From contig JAFWXR010000037.1 of the NCBI GenBank assembly GCA_017517965.1, positions 121,764 to 145,763 of the forward strand: 24,000 nt of DNA, given 5' to 3'. Below the pieces are notes generated by a model. That model was not told the DNA's origin. It made no database searches and saw only the letters and a list, made by a program, of their open reading frames with translations. This DNA comes from Clostridia bacterium. GTDB taxonomy: Bacteria; Bacillota; Clostridia; Oscillospirales; Feifaniaceae. Positions within the stretch are counted from its first letter, which is position 1; each line of letters starts with the position of its first letter. A program made the translations under genes and the position numbers. Of the stretch, positions 12,944-22,234 are shown piece by piece.

Positions 12944-12944
12944 C

Positions 12945-13826
12945 TTATCTTATTATCTGTATCGTGTCGTGTAAACAGCGTATTTCCGCCGTCTTGAAGC
13001 TGCCTCCGTATTCACCGTCAACCGTCCAGCCTATCTTGTGATTAACTGTAAAGGCAAAGTCCTTGCCATGAAAGAATGAGACCATATCCGTGTCGAATTT
13101 GTTGAGAGTCAGCGAGGTTATTATCTTGTTGAATTCAATAATGTCTTTCGGCGCTTTTACAAGCATAATTTCAAAGATACCGTCAGTAAAATCAACGAGG
13201 TCTTTATCAAGTTTTATCATACCTGCCACCGAGGTCGAATTGCTCACCGCACAATAGAGATAATCACCCTCTATTTCGGTGCCGTCAACCGTTATTTTTG
13301 CGTGGTACGGCTTTATTTCACCGAGGCTTTTTATACCCTCGAGCACGTATGCAAAGTGGCCGAGTGAATTCTTTAAATTCTGCGGTGTCGAGTAGGACGT
13401 TTTCGTAAATGCACCGAAGCACGCTATGTATGAAAAATACCTGCCGTTCATTCTGCCGATGTCAAAATACTTCGGTTCACCGTTTATGATTGCCTTTATC
13501 GCCGAAGGTATGTCTTTGGGCAGACCGAGGCTTGAAGCAAGGTCGTTTGTCGAGCCTGCCGGGATGTAACCTATCGGAATCGGCTTTTCAAGCGACATAA
13601 CGCCTGCTATCGTTTCGTTGAGCGTACCGTCACCGCCCACGCATATGACCGTGTCAAAATTTTCACCGTGCTCGGTGATATAATCCCTCGCATCACCTGA
13701 TGACGTGGTTATGTGTACGACGGGGTCGATACCGTGTGAGCAGAGGGGCGAAATTATATCGTATAAAGCCGTTTTCGACTGTGTTTTACCTGCTTTGGGG
13801 TTTACTATAAGTAATACGTCTTTCAT
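12945..13826 (-). CDS. Diacylglycerol kinase family lipid kinase (DagK/YegS/BmrU type)
   Basis: LLIVNPKAGK N-terminus, the VICVGGDGTLNE nucleotide-binding motif and GYIPAGSTNDLA. 293 aa. 4-nt overlap with the upstream nth stop. Confidence 0.88.
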   Translation of the reverse strand: MKDVLLIVNPKAGKTQSKTALYDIISPLCSHGIDPVVHITTSSGDARDYITEHGENFDTVICVGGDGTLNETIAGVMSLEKPIPIGYIPAGSTNDLASSLGLPKDIPSAIKAIINGEPKYFDIGRMNGRYFSYIACFGAFTKTSYSTPQNLKNSLGHFAYVLEGIKSLGEIKPYHAKITVDGTEIEGDYLYCAVSNSTSVAGMIKLDKDLVDFTDGIFEIMLVKAPKDIIEFNKIITSLTLNKFDTDMVSFFHGKDFAFTVNHKIGWTVDGEYGGSFKTAEIRCLHDTIQIIR

Positions 13827-14458
13827 TTGTTGTTCTCCTTACAAAAGTCTGACAGGGGACAAATATCACATTTCGGCTTGCGTGCCGTGCAGTATTCCCT
13901 GCCGAAAAGCACCAGCCTGTGACAAAAATCCGACGAGGTTTCGGGGGTGAGCACTTTACGGAGTGCAAATTCAACCTTTTCGGGCTCTTTCGACAGAGCA
14001 AGACCGAGTCTGTTTGATATCCTTATACAATGAGTGTCAGCAACGACGGCAGAGGGCTGTTTGTATATATCGCCCAAAATGAGATTAGCCGTCTTCCTGC
14101 CAACACCGGGCAGTGAAAGCAAATCCTCCATATTGTCGGGCACTTTTGAATTAAATTTTTCTATGAGCATTTTTGCACTGTCTTTGATATTCTGCGCTTT
14201 GGTGCGATAAAAACCGCAGGGCTTTACCGCATTCTCAAGCTCGGTTATATCTGCCTGTGCAAACGACTCAAGCGTCGGAAATTTCACAAAAAGGTCGGCA
14301 CACACGATGTTTACACGGGCATCGGTGCACTGTGCGGACAGACGTACTGCAAAAAGCAGTTCATAGTCCGTCGAATATTGCAGCGAGCAAAGCGCATCGG
14401 GATAGAGTTTTTCAAGCGCAATTTCCGCTTTTTTTGCAATTTCTTTTATCTTCATCAA
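13823..14458 (-). CDS. nth: Endonuclease III (DNA-(apurinic/apyrimidinic site) lyase)
   Basis: HhH-GPD motif (LLSLPGVGRKTANLILG), catalytic D in VADTHCIRISNRLGL, and a C-terminal 4Fe-4S loop (CTARKPKCDICPLSDFC). 211 aa. Confidence 0.92.
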   Translation of the reverse strand: MMKIKEIAKKAEIALEKLYPDALCSLQYSTDYELLFAVRLSAQCTDARVNIVCADLFVKFPTLESFAQADITELENAVKPCGFYRTKAQNIKDSAKMLIEKFNSKVPDNMEDLLSLPGVGRKTANLILGDIYKQPSAVVADTHCIRISNRLGLALSKEPEKVEFALRKVLTPETSSDFCHRLVLFGREYCTARKPKCDICPLSDFCKENNK

Positions 14459-14510
14459 ATCACCTTAAGGGAATATTAACACATTGCTGACAAAAATTAA
14501 AGTGTTTCTA

Positions 14511-14539
14511 TTGAAATAGTGCGTGTTTTATATTATATT
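14511..14539 (+). promoter_or_regulatory. Candidate promoter of the proA cluster (TTGAAA-17-TATATT)
   Basis: TTGAAA 14511-14516, 17-nt spacer, TATATT 14534-14539. This would give a leader of about 200 nt. Confidence 0.4.
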
Positions 14540-14689
14540 ATTATATATATCTAAAATAATGAATTGCCTGACGGCGATTATAGTAGCAAAAATGAAGCAA
14601 AGCGAAGTTTGCGAAAAAAACAGGGTTCCCGACACGAGGCAAATGAAATGCGTCGTGGTGGGAAAGAGGACGAGCAACGGAGCGATTAA

Positions 14690-14711
14690 GTCAGCAAATA
14701 TATTTGCTGAC
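14690..14711. promoter_or_regulatory. Perfect 22-nt palindrome gtcagcaaata|tatttgctgac in the proA leader
   Basis: Read directly. It lies 40 nt upstream of ATG 14751 and has no U tract after it. The half-site TTGCTGAC recurs at 14485-14492. Confidence 0.4.
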
Positions 14712-14750
14712 GGATGATGCGAAGTTTGCGAGGACGAAATGGAGGAAAGT

Positions 14751-16031
14751 ATGGGAGTTCGGGAGTATGCTCTGCATGCGAAAGAAGCGGCCATAATATG
14801 CGGTACGCTTGATGACGATACGAAAAACAGAGCGATAAATGCGATATGCGACGCACTTATTGCACAGAGTGAAAAAATAGAAAATGCAAATGCGCTTGAT
14901 ATAGAACTTGCGGATAAGGACGGGCTTGCACCTGCACTTCGAAGCAGACTCGGCTTTTACGGTAAAAAGCTTACCGATACGGTTGAGGGGGCAAGGGCGC
15001 TGGCAGGACTTCCCGACCCGTGTAACAGGATTATTTTCCAAAGGGACCTTGCAGATGGGCTGACGCTTACCAAAAAGAGTTGCGGAATCGGTGTTATCGG
15101 TGTCATATTCGAATCCCGTCCCGATGCACTCGTGCAGATTGCTATGCTCTGCATCAAAAGCGGTAATGCGGCTATACTCAAGGGCGGTAAAGAGGCGCAT
15201 GCCACAAATACCGCACTTGCCGAGATTATCACAGAGGCAGGTATAGAGGCAGGTCTGCCCGACGGATTTCTGACACTTCTCACTTCGAGAGAGGAGATTA
15301 ACGAGCTTTTGTCGTGTGACGACTGCGTTGACCTGCTTATCCCGAGGGGAAGCGGTGCATTCGTCAAATACATAATGGACAATACCAGAATACCCGTTAT
15401 GGGGCATGCAGACGGTGTCTGTCATATATACGTTGACGGCTCTGCCGATATGAAAAAGGCAACGGATATAGTTGTCGATTCAAAAACGCAGTATCCTGCC
15501 GCCTGCAACAGCGTTGAAACGCTTCTTGTTGACGCCACGGCTGCGCAGACATTTCTGCCTGAAGTGACAAAGGCACTTCGGGACAAGGGTGTCACGCTTG
15601 TGGGCTGTCCGAGGACCTGTGCGGTTATCGACTGTGAGCAGGCGACTGAGGAGGACTGGTCGACAGAATACGTAGGACTGAAACTGTCGGTTCGAATCGT
15701 TGACAGTGTGTACGAGGCGGTACGCCACATAAACAAATACGGCTCGGGACATACCGACTGTATCGTGACGCAGGATAACGCTGTCGCAGATTTCTTTATA
15801 AACAACGTTGATTCGGCAGGCGTATACAAAAACTGCTCCACCAGATTTGCCGACGGTTACAGATACGGCTTCGGGGCAGAGGTTGGAATATCTACGGGCA
15901 AGCTTCACGCAAGAGGGCCGGTCGGCATCGAGGGGCTTGTCAGTTACAGATATCTGCTTGAGGGGGACGGTGACATCGTTGCCGACTTTGCAAGCGGTAA
16001 AAGAAAATTCATTCATCAGGGAGAGGTTTAA
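14751..16031 (+). CDS. proA: Gamma-glutamyl phosphate reductase
   Basis: ALDH-fold ProA motifs: KNRAINAICDAL, ENANALDI, GVIGVIFESRPDA, ILKGGKEA, LIPRGS, VETLLV, HTDCIVT and STRFADGYRYGFGAEVGIST. Preferred start is ATG 14751 (GGAGGA at 14741-14746). The in-frame ATG 14739 given in the track is the alternative. Confidence 0.92.
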   Translation: MGVREYALHAKEAAIICGTLDDDTKNRAINAICDALIAQSEKIENANALDIELADKDGLAPALRSRLGFYGKKLTDTVEGARALAGLPDPCNRIIFQRDLADGLTLTKKSCGIGVIGVIFESRPDALVQIAMLCIKSGNAAILKGGKEAHATNTALAEIITEAGIEAGLPDGFLTLLTSREEINELLSCDDCVDLLIPRGSGAFVKYIMDNTRIPVMGHADGVCHIYVDGSADMKKATDIVVDSKTQYPAACNSVETLLVDATAAQTFLPEVTKALRDKGVTLVGCPRTCAVIDCEQATEEDWSTEYVGLKLSVRIVDSVYEAVRHINKYGSGHTDCIVTQDNAVADFFINNVDSAGVYKNCSTRFADGYRYGFGAEVGISTGKLHARGPVGIEGLVSYRYLLEGDGDIVADFASGKRKFIHQGEV

Positions 16032-16033
16032 AT

Positions 16034-16375
16034 ATGAGAAACAAGGTAACGGTTAAAATTCTTGATTCGACTTACACAATACTTGCTGACGAGTCGGAGG
16101 ATTACGTGCAGAGCATCGCAAAAAAAGTCGATGCAAAGACAAGAGAGGTTATGGCTGCAAATGAGCATGCTTCGCTCACTATGGCGGCGGTGCTTACCTC
16201 CTTCACTTACTGTGATGAGATTGAAAAGGTTATGAAATCGACGAACAATCTGCGCTCACAGATAAGAGAGTACATTGATGAGGTGTCAAAATACCGTGCC
16301 GAAGCTGAAGAGGCTCGCAGGGCACTCACCAAGCTTCAGAATGAGAATGCTGAGCTTCGTATGAAACTCAGATGA
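16034..16375 (+). CDS. zapA: Cell division protein ZapA
   Basis: 113 aa. N-terminal VTVKILDSTYTILADESEDYVQSIAKKVD (the ZapA pattern) and a C-terminal coiled coil. It starts 2 nt after the proA stop. Confidence 0.8.
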   Translation: MRNKVTVKILDSTYTILADESEDYVQSIAKKVDAKTREVMAANEHASLTMAAVLTSFTYCDEIEKVMKSTNNLRSQIREYIDEVSKYRAEAEEARRALTKLQNENAELRMKLR

Positions 16376-18141
16376 TGGGAAAAGTTCTTTCTCCGTGCGG
16401 AAGCATTGAGGCGGTGTGTGCCGCCGTTGCAAACGGGGCGCATGAGATTTATCTCGGCGGCGGTGACCACAATGCAAGGCAGTATGCCAAAAATTTTTCT
16501 GCCGATGAAATTGCGGGTGTTGTCGCTTTCTGTCACGAAAACGGCGTAAAGGTGCTCGTTACACTCAACATTCTTGAGGGGGACAGGGAAATAGCGTCGG
16601 CACTCGCCTTTGCAAAGCAGATGCGGGATATCGGCGTCGATGCCCTTATCGTGCAGGACTGGGGTCTGGCGTGTCTTTTGAGGGAATATATTCCCGATAT
16701 GGAGCTTCACGGCTCGACACAGATGTCGGTCCATTCGCTTGACGGCGCAAAGGCGGTAGCAGAACTTGGTATGAAAAGGGTTGTGCTTGCCAGAGAACTG
16801 TCATCAAAAAACATTAAGTATATTACCGACAACTGCGGTATAGAAACCGAGATTTTCGTTCACGGTGCACTCTGCTACGCCTATTCGGGTCAGTGTCTTA
16901 TGAGTGCAGTAATCGGCAGACGAAGCGGTAACAGAGGTCGCTGTGCAGGTCCTTGCAGACTGCCGTATACGGTAAGCGGTAAAAAGGGGTATTTTTTGTC
17001 ACTCAAGGATTTGTGCCTTGCCGACAAGATGGGCGAGGTGGCAAAAACGGGTGCATCCGCTTACAAGATTGAGGGCAGGATGAAGCGTGCCGAATACGTC
17101 GGCGCTGTCACAAGGGCGTATGCAAGGGGCGACTATAACAAAAAGACGCTTTCCGAAATTTTTTCGAGAAGCGGTTTTACCTCATCTTTCTTTGATGGAA
17201 GAAAAGGTGCTTTTGACCTCGGTGTCAAGGTTGATGAAGATATAAAAAAATACTCCGCACTTCTGTCTAAAGAGAGGGTGCGGTATGAGAGGCTTATCTC
17301 ACATATAAAGCCTGTGTCAGCACCGCCTGCAGATGAACAGACGGCAAAGGATTTTATCGCATCAAAAACCTTTGCAAAGAAAAAGGGTGAAAACAAGTTG
17401 TATTGCTTTGCGCTGAATTTGTCTCAGGCAAAGGTGCTCGGCGGTGCGGATAAAGTTTTTTTACCTGTTGAGGAGATAATTAAAAATTCTCTGTCGGGCT
17501 TCGGTGTGCATCTGCCAAAAATAATTACCGATGATGAGCGTTCGCATTATGCCGAAATGCTGTGCAAGGCGAAAAAACTCGGCAATACACTTGTTTGTGT
17601 TGAGAATATCGGGCAGGTTGCTCTTGTAAAAGAGTGCGGTCTTGATTTTATATGCGGTATATCGCTCAATGCTTTTAACAGATTTTCGGTGCAGTATCTC
17701 TACTCACTCGGCGCAAAGGACGTGCTTCTTTCCGCAGAGTGCAGTGCACCGCAGATAAGGGATATAACCAAGGCGTGTGCAGGCGGTATATTTGCCTACG
17801 GCAGACTGCCTCTTATGGTCAGCGAAAGTTGTATCGGCAAAAACGCCCTCGGCTGTGACGGCAGAAGGTGCCGTATGCCACAGACGCTCTCCGATCGGGC
17901 AGGACAGAAATTTTTCGTGACGAAGGCACCCAAGTGCAGAAACGTGATATACAACTCCGTCCCCGTCTGGCTTGCAGACAGGGAGAGTGAACTTAAAGAA
18001 CTCAATCTGTCGTCAAGGGCGCTCTTCTTTACCGATGAATCGCCTGCAAAGTGTGCAGAGGTTATGCTCTGCTACAAGGAGAGAAAAGGCAAGCCTTCGG
18101 GTGAATTCACAAGGGGAATGTTTGCCAAAAAAGTTTTGTAA
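16372..18141 (+). CDS. Peptidase U32 family protein
   Basis: EIFVHGALCYAYSGQCLMS fits the U32 signature E-x-F-x2-G-[SA]-[LIVM]-C-x4-G-x-C-x-[LIVM]-S. It is followed by SGNRGRCAGPCRLPY. N-terminal GAHEIYLGG ... NARQYAKNFS. ATGA overlap with the zapA stop. Confidence 0.9.
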   Translation: MMGKVLSPCGSIEAVCAAVANGAHEIYLGGGDHNARQYAKNFSADEIAGVVAFCHENGVKVLVTLNILEGDREIASALAFAKQMRDIGVDALIVQDWGLACLLREYIPDMELHGSTQMSVHSLDGAKAVAELGMKRVVLARELSSKNIKYITDNCGIETEIFVHGALCYAYSGQCLMSAVIGRRSGNRGRCAGPCRLPYTVSGKKGYFLSLKDLCLADKMGEVAKTGASAYKIEGRMKRAEYVGAVTRAYARGDYNKKTLSEIFSRSGFTSSFFDGRKGAFDLGVKVDEDIKKYSALLSKERVRYERLISHIKPVSAPPADEQTAKDFIASKTFAKKKGENKLYCFALNLSQAKVLGGADKVFLPVEEIIKNSLSGFGVHLPKIITDDERSHYAEMLCKAKKLGNTLVCVENIGQVALVKECGLDFICGISLNAFNRFSVQYLYSLGAKDVLLSAECSAPQIRDITKACAGGIFAYGRLPLMVSESCIGKNALGCDGRRCRMPQTLSDRAGQKFFVTKAPKCRNVIYNSVPVWLADRESELKELNLSSRALFFTDESPAKCAEVMLCYKERKGKPSGEFTRGMFAKKVL

Positions 18142-18230
18142 AACTTTTTTGCAATTAGGAATTGATATGAATTCCTTGCGGAATTTGCGATATGTTGCCT
18201 TACGGCAACGTGAAGGAAAAAGGATTAGTT

Positions 18231-18806
18231 ATGAAAATATTGCTTGCTTCGGGGTCGCCGAGAAGAAGGGAACTTCTTTCCGGTATGGGACTTCAATTTG
18301 ATATTTGTAAGCCTTGCTTTGATGAGGACAGTGTGAAAGGTTTTTCACCCGACGTGACGGTTGAAAAACTCTCTCTCGGCAAGGCGACGTCGGCGGCGTG
18401 CGAAAACACGCTTGTTATCGGCTCGGACACGGTGGTGGCACTTGATGACGCCATTTTGGGCAAGCCGACGGATGAAAAAGATGCTTTTAATATGCTTAAA
18501 ATGCTGTCAGGCAGGACACATTTCGTCTACACGGGTGTTGCCCTTGTCGGTGGCGGAAAAAGCATCGTCTTTCACGAAAAAACGGCGGTGCATTTTAAAG
18601 AACTGACCGACGATGAAATTTTGTCCTACGTCAAAAGCGGTGAGCCGATGGACAAGGCAGGTGCCTACGGTATTCAGGGACTCGGCGCCATGCTCGTTTC
18701 GGGCATTGAGGGGGACTATTTTACGGTTGTCGGCTTTCCCGTGTGCCGTGTGGCAGAAAAACTTAAAAATGAATTCGGCATTGATTGCCTGAAAGGAACA
18801 CTTTAA
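18231..18806 (+). CDS. maf: Maf-like nucleoside triphosphate pyrophosphatase
   Basis: MKILLASGSPRRRELL start, GSDTVV, GKP, GRTH and DKAGAYGIQG motifs. Preferred start is Met14 of the track ORF (ATG 18231, SD aaagga upstream). Confidence 0.9.
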   Translation: MKILLASGSPRRRELLSGMGLQFDICKPCFDEDSVKGFSPDVTVEKLSLGKATSAACENTLVIGSDTVVALDDAILGKPTDEKDAFNMLKMLSGRTHFVYTGVALVGGGKSIVFHEKTAVHFKELTDDEILSYVKSGEPMDKAGAYGIQGLGAMLVSGIEGDYFTVVGFPVCRVAEKLKNEFGIDCLKGTL

Positions 18807-18807
18807 T

Positions 18808-19653
18808 TTGAGAATTTCGGAATTTGTTAAAAAACCGATAATTATAGCAGTGCTGATAATAGCACTCATTCTGGGCGGACTTATGATTTACTCGTATGCC
18901 TCTGAGGGTGATATGACGGTCTTTCAGAACGTGACGGGGACGGTGTTTTCACCCTTTCGCAAGGCGGGTACTGCGATAGGAAACTTCTTTTCCTACAACT
19001 ACGGCAGGCTGACGGGGTATGACGAGCTCGTTGAGGAGAATAATACTCTGCGTTCACAGCTTTCAAGGGCGGAATTTAAGCTTCGTCAGAATGAGGGTCT
19101 TGCCAAAGAGAATGAGGAACTTAAAAAATATCTCGGCCTGAAGGATTCGCACGATGATTATAATCTCGTCTATGCAAACGTAACGGGCAGAGGTGCAGGA
19201 AATTCGGATAAGGTGCTTATCATAGATGCAGGCAAGCGTGACGGGCTTTCACAGGGACAACTCGTTATGACAAATGACGGTGTGGTCGGCGTGGTGTCCG
19301 ACGTGGGCAGCGCTTTTGCAGAGGTTACGACCGTTCTTGATACCGAAATTTCAATCGGTGCAATGATAGTGCGTACACACGACGTTGCCATACTCGAGGG
19401 CAGCACACGCTATCAGGGTGAGGGCAAATGTGTTCTCTCGCTTCTGCCTAACGAAAACTCCGCACAGGTGGGGGATACGGTGCAGACGTCGGGTCTCGGA
19501 CACACCTACCCGAAGGGTCTTATCATCGGCACGGTGGATGAGGTTTTCGGCGATGAATACAGAAATTCGGTGACCGCCGTCATAAAGCCTACCGTTGATT
19601 TTGATGAGGTTACCTCCGTTATGATAATAACCTCTTTCGGAGGACAGCAATGA
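18808..19653 (+). CDS. mreC: Rod shape-determining protein MreC
   Basis: TTG start 1 nt after the maf stop. N-terminal anchor helix, coiled coil (ENNTLRSQLSRAEFKLRQNEGLAKENEELKK), and a beta-rich C-terminal domain with GDTVQTSGLGHTYPKGLIIGTV. Confidence 0.88.
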   Translation: MRISEFVKKPIIIAVLIIALILGGLMIYSYASEGDMTVFQNVTGTVFSPFRKAGTAIGNFFSYNYGRLTGYDELVEENNTLRSQLSRAEFKLRQNEGLAKENEELKKYLGLKDSHDDYNLVYANVTGRGAGNSDKVLIIDAGKRDGLSQGQLVMTNDGVVGVVSDVGSAFAEVTTVLDTEISIGAMIVRTHDVAILEGSTRYQGEGKCVLSLLPNENSAQVGDTVQTSGLGHTYPKGLIIGTVDEVFGDEYRNSVTAVIKPTVDFDEVTSVMIITSFGGQQ

Positions 19654-20168
19654 GCATATATACAAAAAAGCGTATTGCAGTTTATCTTCTGCTTTCGCTT
19701 CTTTTAGTGACGGTATACACCTTTCAGACGGTGAGTGCAACGGGCATTGAAATTTTCGGCATAAAGCCATTTATGCTTATTCCTGCCGTCATATGCGTCA
19801 CACTTAGTTGCACCCTGCCTCAAAGCGTGGCTTTTTCGGTCATACTCGGTCTTGCGTGCGATGCGGTAAGCGGTGTTATGTTCGGCAAATATGCACTTTT
19901 ACTTATGATAATCGCCTGCATTGTCAGATTCGTTTCCGAAAATGCGATAAGCGACGGTATTATTGCCGCACTTATCTATCAGGTGAGTGTCTACATCGTG
20001 CTGACGGTGTATAAATTGTTCTGGAAAATCTTTATTATCGGCTCAACCTTCGGACTGGGAACGGAAATTCTCGGTCTGTGGATTGAATGTATATATTCGA
20101 TTATTTTTGCAATACCGATATTTTTCTTTTGCAAATGGATGAAAGGTAAGTTCGGACAGGATGAATGA
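19650..20168 (+). CDS. mreD: Rod shape-determining protein MreD
   Basis: 172-aa polytopic membrane protein. 4-nt overlap with the mreC stop and 8-nt overlap with the mrdA start. The assignment rests mainly on position and topology. Confidence 0.7.
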   Translation: MSIYTKKRIAVYLLLSLLLVTVYTFQTVSATGIEIFGIKPFMLIPAVICVTLSCTLPQSVAFSVILGLACDAVSGVMFGKYALLLMIIACIVRFVSENAISDGIIAALIYQVSVYIVLTVYKLFWKIFIIGSTFGLGTEILGLWIECIYSIIFAIPIFFFCKWMKGKFGQDE

Positions 20169-22224
20169 ACGTGAAAATCCGACAAAAAAATATGAGGGAC
20201 GAAGTCTGTTTCTGCTTATTATAGTTGCCGTTTTTGCGGTGATAATCGTCGCAAGGCTTATCAATATGCAGATTGTGAATTATGACACCTATCTGCAAAG
20301 GGCACTGAGAAAGACCTCGTCTACCGAGGTGCTTGTTTCGCAGAGGGGCGAGATTTACGACCGTAACGGTGTACCGCTTGTGACAAACAGAATATGCTAC
20401 AACGTGATATTAAACCGTGCACAGTTGCCGTCGGAAAGGCAAAACGAGGTGCTTTTGTCACTGCTTGAACTCATTGATGAGGAGGCACTTACTTATACCG
20501 ACAATTTCCCTTTCGGGAATGCGCCGTATGAGTATTACAAAAGTGACGATGCCGACATTCAGGCTTCGTTTGACTCGGTGAAAAAAAGGCTTATAAAAAC
20601 AGTTGAGGCAAAAGAGGATATTTCGGCAGGCGAACTTATGGAAAAACTCTGCAAAAGGTATTCGCTTACCGAGCTTTCCGAAGAAAACAAGCGTCTTCTT
20701 GCACCGCTTCTCTACGATATGGAATATAAGGGCTTTTCCAAAAAAACGCCCTACACCTTTGCAAGTGACGTTGATATGGAAATCATAACCGTCATTAAAG
20801 AGGACAAGGTGACCTATGCAGGTGCGGATATAGTGACCTCTTCGGCAAGGGAGTATACTACCGACTACTGTTCACACATACTCGGCAGGGTGGGATATAT
20901 CCCCGAAAGCGAGATGGAAAGCTACAAGAAAAAAGGCTATTCGATGAACGACCTTATAGGTATCGGCGGTGTCGAATACGCAATGGAGGAGAGTCTGCGC
21001 GGTATCGACGGAAGCAGACTCATTGAAAGTGACTCGACGGGAAACGTCAATATAATCTCGGAGGAGCTTCCGCAAAACGGGGATGACGTTTACCTTACCA
21101 TAGATTTAAAGCTTCAGGCGACGGCGGAAGAGTCGCTTGAGCGAAACATAAAATCAATTGCAGCAAGAGGCAGGGTGTCGGGCAGAGGTGCCGATGCCGA
21201 TGCAGGCGCAGTTGTTGCGATAGACGTTAAAAACGGGGACATTCTTGCACTTGCAAGTTACCCCACCTTCAGTCTTAAAAACTACTCGCAGGATTTTGCA
21301 AAGAACAATACCGATAAGACAAAGCCTTTCTTAAACAGGGCGATTGCAGGGCTTTATGCCCCCGGTTCGACCTTTAAAATGACAACGGCAATCGCAGCCC
21401 TTGAAAGCGGTGCAATGAAGCCGTCATCGACATATCACTGCGACGGTATATACGACAGATTCAGTCCGCAGAAATTCTACTGCTGGCAGTATACCGACCT
21501 TGGCAGAGGTCACGGAACGGTAAACGTATCGGGTGCGCTTCAGGGCTCGTGTAACGAGTATTTTTACGAGGCAGGCTACTTAACGGGCATTGATACGCTT
21601 ATTGAATGGGAAAAGAAGTTTGGCTTCGGTCAGAAAACGGGCATCGAAATAGGCGGTGAGGCGGCAGGCACGATTGCAGGCCCCGACGTTGCGGAAAAGC
21701 AGGGACAGAGGTGGTATGCAGGTAATACCGTGCAGGCATCTATCGGTCAGTCATACAATCTTATGACACCGATTCAGCTTGCAAGTTACGTTTCTACCGT
21801 CGTTAACGGCGGTGAGAGGTGGCAACCTCATTTAATACGCTCGGCGAAGGATTCGGCAAGCGGTAAGATGACTAAAAAGCCGACGAGTGAACTTATAGAA
21901 AACGTCGATTTTTCCGACAGCACCTACAAAGCGGTCATAAACGGGATGAAGGCCGTTGTAAACGAGGGCGGTACAGCCGCTTCGGTATTTAAAAACTATC
22001 CTGTTGCAGTAGGCGGTAAGTCGGGTACTGCACAGGTGGCAAAGGGTACGGCAACGGGCGTATTCGTGTGCTTTGCGCCTGCCGATGACCCCGAAATTGC
22101 AATTGCAGTCGTTGTTGAACACGGCGGCAGCGGTAACAACGTTGCACCGATAGTCCGTGATATTATGGACGTGTATTTCGGTCTTGATACGGCACAGACA
22201 GAGAGTAACATATTATTGAAGTAG
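20161..22224 (+). CDS. mrdA: Penicillin-binding protein 2 (class B transpeptidase)
   Basis: N-terminal anchor and PBP dimerisation domain ([12 protein letters not shown]). Transpeptidase motifs STFK (PGSTFKM), SCN (GSCNEYF) and KSGT (GGKSGTAQV). Confidence 0.9.
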   Translation: MNERENPTKKYEGRSLFLLIIVAVFAVIIVARLINMQIVNYDTYLQRALRKTSSTEVLVSQRGEIYDRNGVPLVTNRICYNVILNRAQLPSERQNEVLLSLLELIDEEALTYTDNFPFGNAPYEYYKSDDADIQASFDSVKKRLIKTVEAKEDISAGELMEKLCKRYSLTELSEENKRLLAPLLYDMEYKGFSKKTPYTFASDVDMEIITVIKEDKVTYAGADIVTSSAREYTTDYCSHILGRVGYIPESEMESYKKKGYSMNDLIGIGGVEYAMEESLRGIDGSRLIESDSTGNVNIISEELPQNGDDVYLTIDLKLQATAEESLERNIKSIAARGRVSGRGADADAGAVVAIDVKNGDILALASYPTFSLKNYSQDFAKNNTDKTKPFLNRAIAGLYAPGSTFKMTTAIAALESGAMKPSSTYHCDGIYDRFSPQKFYCWQYTDLGRGHGTVNVSGALQGSCNEYFYEAGYLTGIDTLIEWEKKFGFGQKTGIEIGGEAAGTIAGPDVAEKQGQRWYAGNTVQASIGQSYNLMTPIQLASYVSTVVNGGERWQPHLIRSAKDSASGKMTKKPTSELIENVDFSDSTYKAVINGMKAVVNEGGTAASVFKNYPVAVGGKSGTAQVAKGTATGVFVCFAPADDPEIAIAVVVEHGGSGNNVAPIVRDIMDVYFGLDTAQTESNILLK

Positions 22225-22234
22225 AGGTACAACT

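Noticed and set aside
14523-14717. 64-aa ORF in the proA leader as a regulatory leader peptide
   Set aside because: It has no SD upstream and no enrichment of Pro codons. It runs through the hairpins and palindrome. Most likely it is a chance ORF in AT-rich leader DNA.
14546-14750. T-box riboswitch (proline-specific) upstream of proA
   Set aside because: I could not find the conserved T-box sequence (…GGUGGUACCGCG-like). The nearest string, gtggtggga, does not fit. There is no terminator with a U tract before the start codon. AGUAG-like and GA-motif resemblances are too weak.
14691-16016. Minus-strand ORFs of 244, 141, 139 and 178 aa opposite proA
   Set aside because: All are antisense to a high-confidence proA frame with many ALDH-family motifs. 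Long antisense ORFs are expected in moderately GC-rich coding DNA.
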